Shown in pieces: positions 37,952 through 51,489 of a stretch of 64,000 bases of DNA. The position numbers and the translations under genes are program-made. Under the pieces are notes generated by a model. The model saw only the letters and a program-made list of their open reading frames with translations. It had not been told where the DNA came from and did no database searches. The DNA is from Octopus sinensis (Eukaryota), in NCBI RefSeq assembly GCF_006345805.1, contig NC_042999.1, forward strand, positions 37,386,001-37,450,000. Direction: 5' to 3'. Within the stretch, counting starts at the first letter, position 1, and every line of letters starts with the position of its first letter.

Positions 37952-39174
37952 CTATACCAGGAATGGACAACCATTTCGAGCATTGGATCACATTATATAT
38001 GACTCATCATAAGGTGGCTTGCACAAATAAAATAAAATTCAGAGTAATTTTTCGCTAAGGGAACCTCAGCCAATTTCTCTACATAAGACCATACGTTTAA
38101 GAATCTGTCTTAGACATAAAGAAAGAGATTATGTTTTCTTCAGAGAATAAGATTTTTATCTATAATTAAAAAATTTGACACCTTGGTATAATATTATCAC
38201 AGCTGACTGTGATTAACACACGTTTCTATCGTGATACTTTATAGAATAATTAAATGTAAAAATGAATACTTGAAAAAAAGCCGGTGTCTTATATAAGAAT
38301 ATCTTTGTGTTCCGTGTATGGAAGAAAAAAATTTGCTATTACATAATCCGTGTATGAAAATTTTTTTCAAAATATTGTTTAAATCATGTGCACATTTTTA
38401 TAATTTAACTATTAGATAATTTTATTGGTTACTTGTAAACTGAAAGCTAAATTTAATATCAAAATAAACATAACTAGTAAGATCTGCTGCTAATTTATTC
38501 ATTTGACTATTCAAGCAAATTTATTTTTTAAAAATTATTTCTTCACGAGAATAAAATATGAACGTTTTCCTTTTCTGGAGCAAAAAATTGTTCACATGTA
38601 TGGTCTTCCTTTGTGAAAATCAGACATGATTTAAAATGCTGAAAACGCTATCTACAACGAAGTGTTACAAAATTCATGGAGCATTGTACTTAATCATTGT
38701 TATATAAGTGAAGTGGTTTAGTCGAAGTTTTAAGCTATGTTACTGGAGCTGAGATGTGATATCCTAATTAAAAGGAAGTACTCTTTAAAAAAAGGGAAAT
38801 AGGAATACAAATGAACGTGACCCGACAAGTTAGGTGAGGTATAACGTTTGAAATACTGTGAATAAAAAATGAGCAGCCATAGACAAGGAAAACAGTGCTA
38901 CAAAAAAAAAACATACAATGATTAAGATACTGTCTAATAAAATACAGACGAGAAACATCGTTTTATTATTTGTCATTGATGTAAGTAGAAATGTTTCTCT
39001 CGCAAAGTTTTAATGAGAAACTTGGCTTCGTTCTAATTTATTTTACAACTTAACCAATATCTACAGATATTTGCGATGCTGAATATTTTCATTCTAGATA
39101 ACATTTCGCATTTATACGTACTACTAAATATGGTGGCAAATCTTGTAGCGGAGCACACTATTTAGGGGTAGTTT

Positions 39175-39670
39175 TCTTTAGGTGGAGTTCCTTAAGACTG
39201 TAATAAAATGTTCGTTTTTAAATTTTTGCCGAATGAATTCATCCCTCTGAAGTTCAATTATTTCCATTGGCAGTGCTTTTCGTGCTATTTTTTCAACAAC
39301 AGTATTAAAAAGGTTTTCGAAAAGATTAAAATCAGCTTCTCTAGTTTTGAAGTCCTTGAATCTGATATTTAGGTTTTCTTTCAACTCATTTAATTCCTCA
39401 GCAAAATCATTGTATCCAGCTCCGCCGTGATTGATTACTGTAGGGAAACGGAGGACGTCATCAGTCTTGAGCTGATTTTTCCAAATTTGAAGATTTGTTT
39501 CAAAAGCTTTGGCACAAAAATACATCTCATGAATCAACTGATTTTACTTTTGAAATTTTAAATTGAGATTAAAAAAAAGTGCAAGGTCACGATTCCAGCT
39601 ATCATCTTTTAGCTCGTGAACAAGTTTAAACTTCATTTCTAAGAAGTCGCATAACTCTTCTCTGGGTAGC
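39175..39670 (-). mobile_element. hAT (Charlie/SPIN, GTF2IRD2-like) transposase relic
   Basis: FLEMKFKLVHELKDDSWNRDLALF...KAFETNLQIWKNQL...LKENLNIRFKDF...LFENLF...MEIIELQRD. Confidence 0.75.
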
Positions 39671-40018
39671 CTTAAGCAACTTCCCTTAACTTTGCCAGCT
39701 AATTACACTGTAGTAAACCAGATTACGATATTCTGATTAAAGTTCTTTTAAAAACACCTCTTTAAAATAGTGATGATTAAGAGCTTATGATTTTGTCAAA
39801 TTCATGGTTGAAACAATCATAAATGAATCGTTGCAAAGTTGCTGCTTGTTAAATTCAAAAAAATGTTAATTCATCTTTTAATTCGGATAGAAAGACTATC
39901 TTGGACCTAACCATCGCTGGAGTCCCGTCTGTTGCTGAACCTTTCAAGCGGGAGATTCAACTTAGTTGCTGCTTTCGTTGTAAAAAACTTATTCATAAAT
40001 CTTATATCCTACAACGGG

Positions 40019-40306
40019 TGGAGGCGCAATGGCCCAGTGGTTAGGGCAGCGGACTCGCGGTCATAGGATCGCGGTTTCGATTCCCAGACCGAGCGAAAAC
40101 ACCTAAAGCTTCCTGTTTCTGTTGTACCTGTATTTCAAAGGGCCGGCCTTGTCACTCTCTGTGTCACGCTGAATATCCCCGAGAACTACGTTAAGGGTAC
40201 ACGTGTCTGTGGAGTGCTCAGCCACTTACACGTTAATTTCACGAGCAGGCTGTTCCGTTGATTCGGATCAACCGGAACCCTCATCGTCGTAACCGACGGA
40301 GTGCTT
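40019..40306 (+). mobile_element. SINE family C, internally deleted
   Basis: Head and 3' half joined directly. Confidence 0.85.
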
Positions 40307-40420
40307 CTTCTCTGTTTTGCTTTCTAATATGTCCTTTACATTTGTTGTACTTCTAATCTTTTGAAGTTAATGCCGCTTAACCTCAAGTTTTTTTAAAAGC
40401 AAAGATGTATATATAACGTG

Positions 40421-40707
40421 GACGCGCAATAGACCAGTGGTTATGGCACCGGACTCGCGGTTTTGATTCCCAGACCGAGCGTTGTGTGTGTTTATTGAGC
40501 GAAAACACCTAAAAGCTCCACGAGGCTCCGGCGATGGGTGGTGACGACTCCTGTGGTACTCTTTTGCCACAACTTTCTCTCACTCTCTCTTCCTGTTTCT
40601 TGACTAACGCTGCGATGGACTGGCGTCCCGACCAGCTGGGGGGAACACATACGCCACAGAAACCGGGAAACCGAGCCCATGAGCCTGGCTAGGCTTGAGA
40701 AGGGCGA
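40421..40707 (+). mobile_element. SINE family C variant with V-domain-like tail
   Basis: Family C head joined to gctgcgatggactggcgtcccg...gagcctggctaggcttg. Confidence 0.75.
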
Positions 40708-40777
40708 CATTTATCGTTGTATATATAACATATTAAACATTCTGGTCTGTTTTTTTATTATTACTTCAACAAGAAGG

Positions 40778-40990
40778 CGGCGAGCTGGCAGAAACGTTAG
40801 CATGTTGGTCGAAATGCTTAGCGGTATTTCGTCTGCCGTTACGTTCTGAGTTCAAACTCCGCCGAGGTCGACTTTGCCTTTCATCCTTTCGGGGTCGATA
40901 AATTAAGTACCAGTTGCGTACTGAGGTCGATGTAATCGACTGTCTCCCTGCCCCCAAATTTCGGGCCTTGTACCTAGAGTAGAAAAGATT
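40778..40990 (+). mobile_element. SINE family B variant
   Basis: TSD-like attattacttca(a/g)caa on both sides. Confidence 0.85.
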
Positions 40991-41112
40991 ATTACTTCAG
41001 CAAAGAAATAATCATCAGTCCACTTTTTCTGGAATTTTCTCATTTCTTCGGAAATCTTCCTGATTTTAGAAGCCAAGAGCTGTGATATCTTCTTATTTTC
41101 TATTTTTTATCG

Positions 41113-41480
41113 GTTTCAGTCATTTGACTTCGGCCATGCTGGGGCACCACCTTGAAGAATCTCTTAGTTGAATGAATCGAACTTAGTACTTATTTTTTTT
41201 AAAGCCTGGTAAATCGATCTCTTTTGCCGAACAGCTAGGTAACAGGAACATAAACACACCAATAACGGTTGTCAAGTGGTTGTCGGGACAAACACAGATA
41301 CGAAGACACACACACATACTCACATATACGATGGTCTTCTTTCAGTTTCCGTCTACCAAATCCACTCACAAGGTTTTGGTCAGCTCGTGGCTATAGTAGA
41401 AGACACTTGCCCAAAGTACCATGCAGTGGGACTGAACCCGGAACCATGTGGTTTTGAAGCAAACTTCTTACCACACAGTC
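41113..41480 (-). mobile_element. SINE family A, decayed
   Basis: Head, CORE-like segment and 3' block. Confidence 0.75.
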
Positions 41481-43769
41481 GCATCAACTTATATGTGTTC
41501 AATTTTCACTGCTGATGGTTAAGATAATTAATCATAACAAGTTGTTATAAGAAGTGGAAACAGGAAATTGAACATTAAATCAATAATTTTCATTCGTTGT
41601 TATAATGTCTTCAGTAGAGATGCCACTTTTAAAGCCTTACCCTCTTGATTGCTTGAATGGTTGTTAATTAACTTTGCGACACTTTGATAAAAACGTGGGT
41701 GTCCGACAATTGCGTATATATTTTAATTTTTCTGACTGGTGTATCAATACAACTGGTATCAATAAGGTAGGCTAGTTGGGAATTCAATGGTTATTCCCCT
41801 TTAACACCAGCTTCCTTAAACCTCTGAGTGAACAAGTGAAAATGAAAAGAAAGAAAGAAAATTTAAATAAACGTTATTCTACTTATGAAATTAGGCGTAA
41901 TCTTTAGAAAACCAAACGGGCCACAGTTTGCCTACAGCTGATCTACACTGACCAAAGTATTATCTAATTTTATTTGAGTTATTTTCCTTGCTCGAGAGAT
42001 ATTGTTCGTTTGTTAATTGCTCCGATATTTTCAGTTGATCGAAGTTTATAATTCCTTATATTAAATATGTAAAACCGTATTGTGACAGACGTAATACTTG
42101 TAGGTAGAGATACAACAAACAGGAGGAATCAAGCACATGTCATTTAAATTATAATTGCTTTTCAAAATGCATATTTGACTTTGGGCCAATATCAGGAGAT
42201 AAGCAGCTTGATAATTACGATTGTTTTAGATTCTTATGTTTAAAATAAAACAACAAACGATTTAGTTGACAGTAGCTGTTTGCCAGCTATTTAGATATTA
42301 ATCCTCGCTTTCTCCTCCATTTCACCCCCCCCTCGCCTCTTCTTTTCATATCCATCATGACTCTCGGCAGTAGATCATTATCATTACCAACAGCATTGTT
42401 TTCGTTTGTCGTTTTCTTTTTCTAAGTCATTTTACCAAGTAATTTTTTTTAATTGCATTTACTTAGTGATTCTTTGAAAGCTATGTCAGTTAGTAAGCTT
42501 TCAAAGCCATGTTTCATTAATGAGGTTGTAATAATATGGAAACACGGTTGGAATCGTCTCCCTTACTATCCGAAAAAAAAAAACGAAAAAAAAAATGGTA
42601 GCAATTGGCTAATGTAGTATTCTTCACATCGCATAATCATTTCTTGCTGGTTTTTCACAGCTCTGCATTAAATATGTTGATACTTTGTCTCATGTTTCAA
42701 ATACATAGACATTTTTTATATCTTAAGGATAGGGGTTTGTTTCTAGACACAACTCATCCAAATTAAGCAGCTCTTGTGTAGAACAGAGGTTTCCAAACTG
42801 GAATAAATTTACCTCAGGAGGTAGATTTCATGAACCTCGAGGATAAATTTTGCCTATTTAGGAAGTAAATTATGCCTACTCGGGGGTAAGTTTGCTGATT
42901 CTGGATTTATAAGTATGTATTTTTCATTTATTTTTATAAATGTGATGTTGAAAAAACAATTTAAAATAAGCTTATTTTGAGAAAAATTCTAAATTCCACC
43001 CCCTTTTCTCTCTGTTTGGATTGAATAAACATCTTAATTACTGTGTTTCTACTAATCAAATAGTCTAATTCACAATTCTGCGTTTGGTTCTGGTATTTGT
43101 TTACTCTTAGTTCATAAATAAGAGAAATAAACATTATTAAAAGCTGTTTTTATAATTTAAATTTACCAGTGTTTTTAATTTCCTTTTTATTGGTTGCTTT
43201 ATTATAGTAAAACTATAAACTCAAATTACTGAACAAAACAGAGTCGTAGTGGTGATAGTGGGATAAATTTGCTTTCAAATCGATGCCAGTGGGTAGATGG
43301 AAGAAGAAAGTTTAGGAATTCCTGGTAGAGGATCTGTATGTCATACGATTGCTGTCGCTTGCCTATTTACATATCAAGTAACAACAGCTGTTTGTTACGT
43401 TGCTATGATAATGTAAACGATTCATATGATTGCTTATGCTGTATTCTTTAGTAATGATTGTTTGTAACATTGCTACTGGAAAGAGACATTCTTTTGAATC
43501 GAAGAGTTCTATTGAAATAAAGCTATCACAACAGCTGTGTGTGCTGCAAGAGATTGAATGAAAGTTACCAGATAAATTCATTGCCACATATTTCATTTCC
43601 GCTTGATAATAGTTTCAGTAATTTTAATATCAAATAACAAAAGCCGAATCATACTGGGCCACAATGTAAGAATCGAAAATCGTATCATGAGAACAACGAA
43701 GCCGCGAACATCACATTGGTATGTCACTTTAATTAGGAAAAAGAAAGAAACTAAATGAAAAAATGATTC

Positions 43770-44750
43770 ATAAATTATAGACTGTCATAACTTTATACTG
43801 TCAAGTTATACACCGTCAAAACTTTCTATCGTCAAATTATACACCGTCATAAATTATAGAATGTCATAAATTATACACCATCATAAATTATTTTTTTTAT
43901 TTATTTATGCGCCCTCTTCAAGCCTAGCCAGGCTCACGGACCCGGTTTCCTAGTTTCTGTGGCGTATGTGTTCCCCCCAGCTGGACGGGATGCCAGTGCA
44001 TCGCAGCGTTACTCAAGAAGCAGGAAGAGAGAGTGAGAGAAAGATGGGGCGAAAGAGTACAACAGGGGTCGTCACCACCCCCTGCTGTAGCTTCGTGGAG
44101 CTTTTGGGTGTTTTCGCTCAATAAACACACACAACGGCCGGTCTGGGAATCGAAACCGTGATCCTCCGACCGCGAGTCCGCTGCCCTAACCACTGGGCCA
44201 TTGCGCCTCCCATCATAAATTATACAACGCATAAATTATACAACGTCATAAATCATACATCGTTATAAGTTATACAGTATCACAGTTGATCCGATCAACA
44301 GAACAGCCTGCTTGTAAATTTAACGTGCTGAGGACTCCACAGACACGCGTACCCTTAACGTAGTTCTCATGGATATTCGGAGTGACACAGAATGTGACAA
44401 GGCTGGCTCTTTGAAATACAGGTACTACTCATTTTTGCCAGCTGAGTGGACTACAGCAACGTGAAATAAAAGTGCCTTGCTCAAGGGCACAAATCGCCGC
44501 GAATTGAACTTACGACCTTACAATCATGAGCCGAATACGCTAGCTACGCGCCTTCAGATATTGTAAATTACAAACGTCATATATTAAGGAAACAAATTAT
44601 AGAACGACATAAATGATATCGTAAATTATACAACGTCATAAATTATATGTAGAATTATACAATGTCGTAAATAATAGTCATAAATTATGGAACATCACAC
44701 ATTATACAAAATGTAAAATTTACTACAAAATAAATTATGCAATGTTGTAA
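43770..44750. repeat. Degenerate ~17-nt minisatellite (cgtcataaattatacaa), resuming at 46975-47280
   Basis: Many imperfect copies, interrupted by SINEs and a hAT relic. Confidence 0.75.
43892..44209 (-). mobile_element. SINE family C variant with A-rich tail
   Basis: 14-bp TSD ccatcataaattat at 43878 and 44210. Confidence 0.85.
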
Positions 44751-45056
44751 ATCAATGTTTCCCCAATGTGTGACCTGGCAAAATTCATTGTAGCCCCAAA
44801 GAAATTTTGGAATTAGGGGATAGGCAAAGGCTCAATAAAGAGAGTCACACAACTAAAATTCTGTCATTGTCTTTAACTTTTTAAAAGTCACTCGGGAAAT
44901 ATACGCATTCACATACACCATATACACAATGCATTTCCTATATCTTAAGTTCTGTCATGACTGAAAGAAATGGGATTTACTTGACAATTTGATATTTACA
45001 TATTTGACATATTTGACAATTTGATATTTGACATATTTGACATATTTGACAATTTG

Positions 45057-45145
45057 ACATATTTTAAAATTGGGACGATACAGAGAAGATTAGCATGGCC
45101 CCTGCGCAAGGATGATACGCAAATTCGTGAAGCGTTCCATATTTT
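45057..45145 (+). pseudogene. U6 snRNA pseudogene, 5'-truncated
   Basis: acatattttaaaattgggacgatacagagaagattagcatggcccctgcgcaaggatgatacgcaaattcgtgaagcgttccatatttt matches metazoan U6 from about nt 18 to the 3' end, including the ACAGAGA box and AGC triad; the 5' stem-loop is missing. Confidence 0.92.
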
Positions 45146-45553
45146 ATAGGCGCAGGAGTGGCTGTGTGGTAAGTAGCTTGCTTACCAGCCACATGGTTCC
45201 GGGTTCAGTCCCACTGCGTGGCACCTTGGGCAAATGTCTTCTACTATAGCCTCAGGTCGACCAAAGCTTTATGAGTGGATTTGGTGGACGGAAACTGAAA
45301 GAAGCCCGTCGTATATATGTATATATATATATATGTATGTGTGTGTATATGTTGTGTGTCTGTGTTTGTCCCCCCCAACATCGCTTGACAACCGATGCTG
45401 GTATGATTAGGTCCCCGTAACATAGCGGTTCGGCAAAATAGCCCGATAGAATAAGTACTAGGCTTACAAAGAGTAAGTCCTGGGATCGATTTGATTCGAC
45501 TAAAGGCGGTGCTCCAGCATGGTCGCAGTCACATGACTGAAACAAGTAAAGTA
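45146..45553 (+). mobile_element. SINE family A, full length, joined to the U6 3' end
   Basis: Starts ataggcgcaggagtggc, as the free copies at 30507 and 52862 do. Confidence 0.9.
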
Positions 45554-48500
45554 AAGTGAAGTATAATTTATCATTGATGAATAAAGTATTAAGCTGTCAT
45601 TGGACAGTCTTGTATGAATTAAATACTATGTTACTGTTTTGAAGTTCATACATCTGGTGACAATCTCTAAGGGTTATTGCCTGTGTTGCTTCATTGAACT
45701 TTGCAAGTGTTATAATATTTCCGAGTGGGAAGCAGCTTGAAGAAGAAATCCAAACTGCCAAATATGGCATATTCTACCATTCAGATATATTTGAGAAGCT
45801 GAATTTACTGAACAAACTGCTGCAAGGTAAAAGTATAAATCTTTTAGTTTAAGAAGAGGCTACTAGTGCTTTACTTGGAAAACTTAATCTATTCAGGATA
45901 AATATTGAGCATAAAAAGTTAATGCATTTTGCAACTCTTACCCCTATTGAGGAGGAGCTGCAAGAGGATGATATTTTAGTGTACTTTGAGCACTTGAAGA
46001 AATTGTACAATGATAAGGAAATTAGATTCAAAGCTCTACTGGAAATGTACATTCCAAATTGGATGGTAGACCCATTTGGGACAAATGCAGCTGATGTTGT
46101 TCAAGCTAAATTTTATCATCAGCTCAAAAACTTATAAACAAAAACTTATAAACTTACTATAAAATCTTCATTGATTTGACAGTAAGTAAAATTATATTTC
46201 ATTGTCTTTCTTAATCTTTTTCCAAGCTGTGTCGGGGTTTAGCCGAGTGTCTTTCTTACTACCAAAAACTTGCAATGACTTATAAAATGTAAGCAGAGGT
46301 GATATTCATTTGTTTCTAACAACCATGGACACTTGATATCAAAATATTGGGAAATTGCATCAGCCACAAGGATATCACTGAATAAATACAGTAAAAAGGA
46401 AATTTTGTTTTTATTATTTTGCAAAAGGATTTTATTTTTGCGCTGAAAAAATGGATAATTGTATTTGAAGTTATTAAGTTTTCTAGATGTTAGAAGTTAT
46501 GGTTGTTTTATTGAACACGCAAAATATTTATTTTTGTTTTTGTGAAATATAATAGAGAATAAATGAGCAATTAATGGACACTGATATTTTTATGGAGTTT
46601 ATTATATTAAAGGTAGAAAACACTTCATTTTTGAAAAAGAATTTTTTTTAATGTTTATTTATGAATTTTTGTTCAGAAATTGTTTTCATTACAAATTATC
46701 AATGTTTAAATATTCATAGAAATAAATTTTATGATAATAAAACTAATTTAGAGCAATTAATATTTTAAATGTTGTTATTATTCAATAAATGTTACAAATT
46801 GTATTTTTAATAAAGGTTTTTATTTTTTCAAAACAGACCTGTCTCTACTATTAACCATTTGTTACAAAACTGAGGCACATGTTTTACTAATAATGTCCAG
46901 GGGATGTAGAAAAGATGTACAAAAGATTCGAAGGGAGAAGGAGTCATAAACTAAAAAAGTTGGAAACCACTGTGTAACTTATACAAAGCTATAAATTATA
47001 CGTAGCATTATAGAATGTAGTAAATTGTAAGTCATAAATAAAACAACGTCTTAAATTACACAATGTTAAATTATACGACGTCATAAGTTATATATCACAA
47101 ATTATGCCACGTCATAAATTATACAACGTCATAAATTACATGTCATAAATTATAAAATATCATATAGTATACAACGCCATATATTATACAATGTCATAAA
47201 TTATACAAAATCACAGATAATAACACCATCGTAAATTCTATAACGTAGTAATTATAATGCAACACCACAAATTCTACAATTCACAAAGTAAGGTTTATGA
47301 CCATAAGATACCGATCTTGGAACTAGTTTGACGAGATTATATTAAGTTCAGTGTTTTCTCCAAAACCTTAGCGCAGCAATGCTACAGTATACAAGCCAAA
47401 GACTATTTCGTCTCAAGGACTCAAGTCTATCAAACATTCCAATTTAATATATTAACGCCGTGCAAATACTTTCCATTGAACAGCAGCTAGCTGGTGCATT
47501 AACGGTCAAAAATTAGGTCTGTATATCTATCTAGGTCTGTAAATTACGAACTTTAATACTAACGGCGCTTGTCACACTTTCAGTTCCTTTGTCAAAAACT
47601 CAATTGTAATAAGACAACAAAAGAATCTCGTCCTGCTAGAAATAGTCTCAAATTTGCTTCTAATCACACTCGGCTGTTTTACAACAGAAAAAAAAACACT
47701 TTCTATAATATAGACCTGGATATACAATGCCGGCCGAAAATGTCGGAAGTATCACAGCTTGAGCGCCTTCAATAATAGAGTTGTAAATCTATTATTATGA
47801 GGAGATAAACAGAAACAATAAAGACCCAGTTATGATTGCCAATTTCATAATTATCCATTCCAAATATATCTGTTATACAACTGCAGCCGAGTAAAACTTT
47901 ACTAATGACCAATTAGTAATCGCCTATGTACACATTAACTTCTTCATTCTAAGCGATTTCTCACAAAAGCGTTAATGAAAGAAAAGGCTACTCTATAAGT
48001 GACAGATAATACACTGATAAGAAAATAGTTGAAAAAAAAAAAATCAAAACGCCATTTGCTGAATTCGACTGAATTCACTGAATATTTTGGAAAATTTATT
48101 CAGCAATGTCTCTGTTGTTTATTCTCATCAGCAGCTGATCAATTACCAGGACAATGGCTTAATGAATAAAAGACGAATTAGAGTCTGTGATTTATATTAA
48201 TAGTTCACAATAGTTCAATACGAATTCGAGGGAATTATAACAAGGAATCCCTTGAAGTTGATTGGCAAATATACGAGTTATTGATGTGTTTAGCCTCAGA
48301 TCAGTTTCTGATGAATATTCTATTATAAACTTGAGCAAATTTTGAATTCTCTTAATTGCGCACAAAATAGAATATTATATAATGTACTCTTCAATGATTT
48401 CGTTCTGTCAAATGTATCCCCACTACGTCTAAGCAGTGCATCTAATTAATTGTTAATTTATAACTGATATTCATTAATTCGACACATTTAAGTATGAATA

Positions 48501-49264
48501 TTAAAGCACGAATTAATCTTTTCTTGAATTTCAATTATGAACATTTTAGGTAAAAGCAAAATCCATAAATCATTTAAATCGTTTGTTATTCTTTTTTACA
48601 TAAATAATATGCATAAAATTTTGTGAATCTAGCCTGAAGTGTAATATTCCTGTTAGCCATTTTCAGCTGAGATCGATCTGTCGGCAGCACAATAGCTTAA
48701 TGAATTCTTAGAGTTTCTGTAAGTTATATTAATAGTTCACAAAAGTTCAATACCAATTCGAAGAATTATAATAGAATATCATTCGGGGTTGATTAGTAAA
48801 TATATCACTTGCAGATATGTTTTGCTCGTAAACAATTGCTATTGGAGCAGACCTATGATCTAGGATCACTGTCTTTTTTTTTTGTTTTTAGATATATTAT
48901 ATCTAAGACTACATTGTCTAATATGTCCTGCCTTTTTTAAGGTGGGGGAACATTATTTGAGGGAGACTATGCTACTATTTTAACAGGTCTAATTACTGAG
49001 TAAAGTCTCTCACATCAACAAGTATTTTCTTCTCTTTCTTCTTTATTTTTACATCTTCCAGTTATTGGTCTGTGGCCATGCTGGGATACCGTGGAATACC
49101 GCTATGAAGTGTTTTAGCCGAACAAATCGATCTCAATATTTATTTTTTAAGTTTGGTACTTATTCTACCAGCTTCTTTTGCTGAACCGTTAAGTAACGGG
49201 GAGGTCAACAAACCAACTCCGATCGACCATCGGTGTGGAGGACAAACACAAATATACATACTTA

Positions 49265-49327
<63 letters not shown>

Positions 49328-50096
49328 TATTTAATAAACACAATATATGTGTTAAAAGTACTATCTGGCATGCTCTCAGCACATGAAACTAATAGTAGCT
49401 CATAAAAACATATATACTGTGTTTATTAAATAATATTTATCTCTTACCAGATGGAATATTTTTCTTTTTGTTGATCTTACCATCATGGAACAGAACACTA
49501 TATATATATATATGTATATATATAAAACTTACTTGGAAGAGGATGCGTGGCGTTCAGTCATATAATAATATAAATAATATATATATATATATGTGCATAT
49601 ATACACACATATATGTACATACTAACATCTATATGTATATATATCTATGCATATGTGGGCGCAAGACGTCATGATTTGTGTACAACAACAAAAATACGAA
49701 GTACGAGTACATGGAATATGAACTATTTTTTCGTACAACGAAAGACAAATGGAAAACAAGACAAACAACATTAAGAACGACCCTTCATCAATTGTTGTCT
49801 GTTTTTCTACTCTCGTTTTTCGAGCAATTAACACCAATATACGCTTTCGATAAAACAGTTGCTCCCGCAAAGCAAATTAAATAAAATTTGGGACTTTGCG
49901 GAGGGTCAAAATTGGTAACACAAACAGGAAAGGCTGCTAAGCCTAGACGAGGCGGTGGTGGCGAACGCGTAAATCAAGCTAGGACATGAGACAGACAAGA
50001 ACATGTCTTCCTTGTTCCAGCTACAACGGAGAGAAAGAAACACGTTAGAATAAAGATGGCCGATGGTCACGTGGGAGCCATGTAAGCAAGGGAGGA

Positions 50097-50133
<37 letters not shown>

Positions 50134-50292
50134 CAGTGTAACCGGATAGAATAGTGGGATAAGAGGAGGTAAAAGAATAAGAGAGAGAAAGAGAGAAAAA
50201 TGAAAGAGTAAAAAGATCGTATAGAGTGCGCATCAGAATTATTAGGATAAAACTTACTTGGAAGAGGATGCGTGCCTTTCAGTCATAATAAC

Positions 50293-50337
<45 letters not shown>

Positions 50338-50338
50338 C

Positions 50339-50369
<31 letters not shown>

Positions 50370-50439
50370 AATATTTATATATATATCCATATATACATAC
50401 GTATATGTACATCTATCTATCTATCTATCTACCTACCTA

Positions 50440-50489
<50 letters not shown>

Positions 50490-50805
50490 AATATATATAT
50501 ATATCTGCGGGTGCTTCAGAGTGCATACGTAGATACATATATACGTATGTTTCCACTAATACATCTTTTGGACATAAACTTTCCTTATATACAACTCTAC
50601 TGACTTTCTCATTGTTGATGCCGTTCCCTATATAGGCACAAATGTAATTTTTTCCCAAATAAACTGCACTTATTATTCAAGGCATCGATGAAGCTATAAG
50701 GTGTTATTTAGGCACTCAACTATGAGTGAAACACATCTTTTGGCAAAAACAGCTTTAAGCTAATGAAGTTCCTAAAATAATAATTTATTCTTTTGTTATC
50801 TCTTG

Positions 50806-50870
<65 letters not shown>

Positions 50871-51489
50871 ACAGGTTAACTGGAAGAAATGCCGCTAAGC
50901 ATTTTAACCGACGAGCTAACGATTCTACCTGCTCACCGCCTTAGGTATACTGGAATATTATTCATATACATAATAAACACAACAGACTAAAAGCCTTGAT
51001 CATGCTTCCGTTTTTGACATAGCGTTATTAGAACTATTCTTTTGAACATAACCATACACAAATTATAACTATACTTGCGTATTAGTTTCTAGCCTCAATT
51101 AATGTAGAAGGTAGAAGACCTCTAACATAATCTGTTTTATATTGCTCTAGCTATGATGTTTTAGCTTTAATTTTACTTGCCTTGATACATGATCTTTTCT
51201 GTTTATAGCGGTGTATATCATAACTTTAACCTAATATTAACGAATGTTAAGTTGTAAGCTGTGTGAAGTAATGGCTCATGTCTTTAAGCAGTTCACTACA
51301 CTACTAAAGTAATAAGGAAAAGTAAAGAAAATATGGATAACTCGTGGCTCGAGTTAGATTCCTTTTCAACGGAAAAAAAAAACTACCTCCAAATTCGAGC
51401 ACAGCTGTGGGGACGCGATCTGCTCCAGTTTTCGCGAACTCAGTATTGTGATACTTGGAAGAAAACCTATATAAAAAAATTGAAGAAAA

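Larger units (their letters stand above)
44753..46972 (+). mobile_element. Decayed hAT (Charlie-type) transposon containing the U6-SINE insertion
   Basis: Ends caatgtttcccc and ttggaaaccactg; 45770-46100 translates SDIFEKLNLLNKLLQGKSINL...LGKLNLF...HLKKLYNDKEIRFKALL...WMVDPF. Confidence 0.65.

Noticed and set aside
42520-42760. Possible THAP-domain relic on minus (VRETIPTVFP)
   Set aside because: The C2CH residues cannot be placed in a consistent frame.
45057-45145. Functional U6 gene
   Set aside because: It lacks the 5' stem-loop, has substitutions, and sits inside a transposon relic; called a pseudogene.
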